The notes under the pieces: generated by a model | Seen by the model: the letters and a program-made list of their open reading frames with translations, nothing else | The model's database searches: none | What the model was told of the DNA's origin: nothing | Part shown: piece by piece, positions 59,084 through 61,604 of the stretch | How the letters are laid out: every line of letters begins with the position of its first letter | Numbering within the stretch: position 1 is the stretch's first letter | Source of the DNA: SAR86 cluster bacterium | GTDB taxonomy: Bacteria; Pseudomonadota; Gammaproteobacteria; Magnimaribacterales; D2472 | Direction of reading: 5' to 3' | Length of the DNA stretch: 61,604 nt | NCBI GenBank assembly: GCA_016779505.1 | Contig: JADHNM010000001.1 | Span: 1-61,604 of the forward strand | Position numbers and translations under genes: made by a program

Positions 59084-61604
59084 TCCTCGCTAATTTAGGT
59101 TCTGAGATAGTTCCTAAAATTTCATATTGATAATTAGTAAGATCGTTTATATCTTCTTCAAATATTTCATTTAATACTGCTGAGCCAGCAACTGCAGGAA
59201 GCCCTCCCAGAATGGCTGCATACCAAGGAAGATTCTCGCCAAATCTAATCCTGAGGTCTAAATTAAGATCTAAGTTTTCCAAGATATTTTTAGGGTTTTT
59301 ATTAATTTGACCAACCCATCTCATTTTTGCAGCATTTGTTTCTATGAATAAAGGAGATGCTAGACGAAGCTTTGATTTGCTAAATAATAGATCCCCTTCA
59401 ATCCTGCTTAATTGAGTAGAGGTAAACTCACCAATTGAAAGATCTAAGTTTGCCAGCTTGCCGAGGATGTTTCTTAAATTCAAGACACCAAGCAAACTAA
59501 TGGCAAGCGAGTTAGAGAAAGGGTCTTGTATAACTAAATCCTTCATAACAAAGGTGCTTCCTCCTTCGATATGACTCAAGCTAGAAAGCTCCTTCCATTG
59601 TAAATTTATAGATCCATTAAAATAAGAAAAATCTGCAAAGTCTTGTATATATGGAATGTTATTTGAGTCTTTAATTACATAGTCTCCCCTCAATTTATAG
59701 AGAGATGCAATCTTATCGATTGAAAAATATGCATTAGAAGAATTTTCCAGCGGTTTAATCGATATTAAATTTGAACTTAATCTAATATTATTGGCGGCAA
59801 AGTTATTTTTGTTATTCAAAAGATATACATCAAGATCTTTAATTTTTATTTTTCCAAAAGAAGAGTTGCTTACGATCAATCTAGAATTTAGATCTGAATC
59901 AAGGGTTGACTGTTTAGAATTTAGAAAATCTATGTTAGAAATAGTTGAATCCTTAATTTCTAATCTTGCAAATCCAGTCTGATCAATCTTTAAATTTAAA
60001 TTCAGCTTATCACCAGTCAAATTACCTATAATTTCCGAATCATGTAAATCAAACAAACCAGAAACATTAGAAAAATTATTATTAAAAAATTTTAAATTTT
60101 TAATATCAATGGCCAATTTATTAAGTTTGATGGATGCTGATTCTGGGTTCCTGGGAAATACAGAACTTAATAAATTCTCATTAATCTTTTCTGAATATAA
60201 ATATATGTTTAATCCGGGGTCTTGAATAAAACTCTTTAAATGCTCAGGAAGTTTTTTACCTATTGAGATATAGCCATCATATTTACTAATATCCCTAATA
60301 AGCATATCAATCTTTTGGTTGTTGAGTTTGAGAGATGGATTTGACAGATTGGTGATAAAAATTTCTGTAGGCAATCTAACTAACTTATTCTTTGATAGTG
60401 AATTTATAGGCGAATTGAGTTGAATGTGCTTTAGATCAGAATATATCTTTAATACTGATGGAGAGTTTTTTTTTATATTAAGATCTATTTTAAAAAGGTC
60501 GTTTCCAGAAACCTGAAGATAAATTGAATCAGTGATGAATTCTTCTACATCTAAATTAATATTCGTTGAGAATGTTAAATCATATGTTTCAGTTAAACCT
60601 TTGCCTGAAAGAAGAAAAGAAAGTTCGTCTTTCATGAAGGATGCTGATAATAATCCATATGCTTTATCTAAATCAACAATAAAGATACTCGCATTATCAA
60701 AATTAATGTTGTGAGAGTCAGTGATTGGCATAGAAAAATTTTTTGTTTTTAGGGAAATAGCATTGTTTAAGATTAAACTTGAGAGTTTAATCTCACCTTT
60801 GTGCTCTGCTTGCATATTAGGCAAATTAATACTCTCTTTACCTAAATCTAACGCACTTTGTAAGTCAATTGATTTCATATCATGAAGAGAATAAAAATTA
60901 ATTTTTTCTGTCTTATAATTAAACAAGCCATAGGCTGCATCAAAAGAGAAATTATTTGATTTGCCGGATGGTGAAAACACATATAAATTTTCACTATCCA
61001 CCTCAACAATCGGTTCAGAGAAATCAATTATTAAATCTTCGTTAACAGTAAACCTAGATTCATTGCTAAATATTTTTACTTTGAAATTAGGAGTTTGACT
61101 TAGACTATTTATAGAGTAATTCAAATAAATAGAATTTTTTTCAAGAAGATCTATGCTTCTATCAATATAGGAACCCACTCTGTTCAATGATTTTTGAAGA
61201 GAAAATGTAATTAAATCTTTATTAATATCATAGCCTTTAAGCTCTAAAGATAATGGATTTATTGAACCTGAATCAATCTGCAAAGCTAAATCAATCTGAG
61301 AAGATTTATTTAAAATACGAGCATTAAGATCAAAAGCTTGGCCAGAAACACTTCCCGCACCTAAAATTGATACTGGAATATAGTCTTTCTTGTGATTTTT
61401 TAATCTCGAGCTATCTGAATTAACTAGGAATTTCATATAATTTCCCTGTCCAGAAAAATTACCGCTAAGATTTATGATTTCATCGAAATATAGATCATTT
61501 AGATCCAGATCTTTAATAAATCCAGAGTATTTTGGAATGATGCTATCAAATGATATAAAAAAATCTTCAATAATTAGATTTTTTATTTTATTAAATGCGC
61601 CACT
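59076..61604 (-). CDS. YhdP/AsmA-like large envelope protein (DUF3971/AsmA2-type); N-terminus cut by the window edge
   Basis: The listed ORF starts at Met 61436. Hand translation shows the frame stays open upstream to base 61604 (...SGAFNKIKNLIIEDFFISFDSIIPKYSGFIKDLDLNDLYFDEIINLSGNFSGQGNY-MKFLVN). The product is long, beta-rich and low-complexity. The C-terminus (LPWYAAILGGLPAVAGSAVLNEIFEEDINDLTNYQYEILGTISEPKL) resembles YhdP-family ends as I recall them. Confidence 0.55.
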   Translation of the reverse strand, partial: SGAFNKIKNLIIEDFFISFDSIIPKYSGFIKDLDLNDLYFDEIINLSGNFSGQGNYMKFLVNSDSSRLKNHKKDYIPVSILGAGSVSGQAFDLNARILNKSSQIDLALQIDSGSINPLSLELKGYDINKDLITFSLQKSLNRVGSYIDRSIDLLEKNSIYLNYSINSLSQTPNFKVKIFSNESRFTVNEDLIIDFSEPIVEVDSENLYVFSPSGKSNNFSFDAAYGLFNYKTEKINFYSLHDMKSIDLQSALDLGKESINLPNMQAEHKGEIKLSSLILNNAISLKTKNFSMPITDSHNINFDNASIFIVDLDKAYGLLSASFMKDELSFLLSGKGLTETYDLTFSTNINLDVEEFITDSIYLQVSGNDLFKIDLNIKKNSPSVLKIYSDLKHIQLNSPINSLSKNKLVRLPTEIFITNLSNPSLKLNNQKIDMLIRDISKYDGYISIGKKLPEHLKSFIQDPGLNIYLYSEKINENLLSSVFPRNPESASIKLNKLAIDIKNLKFFNNNFSNVSGLFDLHDSEIIGNLTGDKLNLNLKIDQTGFARLEIKDSTISNIDFLNSKQSTLDSDLNSRLIVSNSSFGKIKIKDLDVYLLNNKNNFAANNIRLSSNLISIKPLENSSNAYFSIDKIASLYKLRGDYVIKDSNNIPYIQDFADFSYFNGSINLQWKELSSLSHIEGGSTFVMKDLVIQDPFSNSLAISLLGVLNLRNILGKLANLDLSIGEFTSTQLSRIEGDLLFSKSKLRLASPLFIETNAAKMRWVGQINKNPKNILENLDLNLDLRIRFGENLPWYAAILGGLPAVAGSAVLNEIFEEDINDLTNYQYEILGTISEPKLARIK

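Overview
AT-rich, very gene-dense chromosomal segment from what looks like a streamlined Gammaproteobacterium. The gene order follows the core synteny blocks I recall from Pseudomonas and E. coli. A SAR86-like marine oligotroph is only a guess. I call 68 protein genes, one tRNA-Lys(UUU) and RNase P RNA (rnpB). Regulatory calls are a canonical LexA box upstream of recA, an MraZ-operator-like direct-repeat array upstream of mraZ, and one putative promoter. Content is almost entirely housekeeping. From left to right: tol-pal/cpoB, yebC-aspS, proS, thiolase, recA, fdxA, and the nlpD-pcm-surE-ispDF-ftsB-eno-kdsA-pyrG block. Then come alr-dnaB-rplI-rpsR-rpsF, the full dcw cell-wall/division cluster, rnpB-rsmI-lpoA, sspA, petABC, rpsI-rplM, zapE and degS. 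The right end holds murA-ibaG-mlaC, kdsD-lptAB-rpoN, mgtE and an edge-truncated YhdP/AsmA-like gene. Two genes run off the window edges, and the left one is missing from the ORF track. I see no CRISPR array, transposase, integrase, toxin-antitoxin pair or recognisable defence island. I cannot honestly point to a new multi-gene system. What stands out is how this genome has edited conserved synteny. (1) A small phage-type PD-(D/E)xK nuclease sits exactly in the ruvC-ruvA-ruvB slot. (2) ftsZ has moved from the 3' end of the dcw cluster to between mraZ and rsmH. (3) ProRS lacks the INS editing domain. (4) ispD and ispF are fused. (5) MurD carries a large internal deletion. (6) mlaC is orphaned and lptC/kdsC are missing from the lpt cluster. 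(7) rpoS, mutS and recX are absent from their usual slots. (8) An orphan AurF-like diiron protein and a DUF368 membrane protein are embedded in housekeeping operons. All family assignments come from reading the translated ORFs and from memory. No searches were run.
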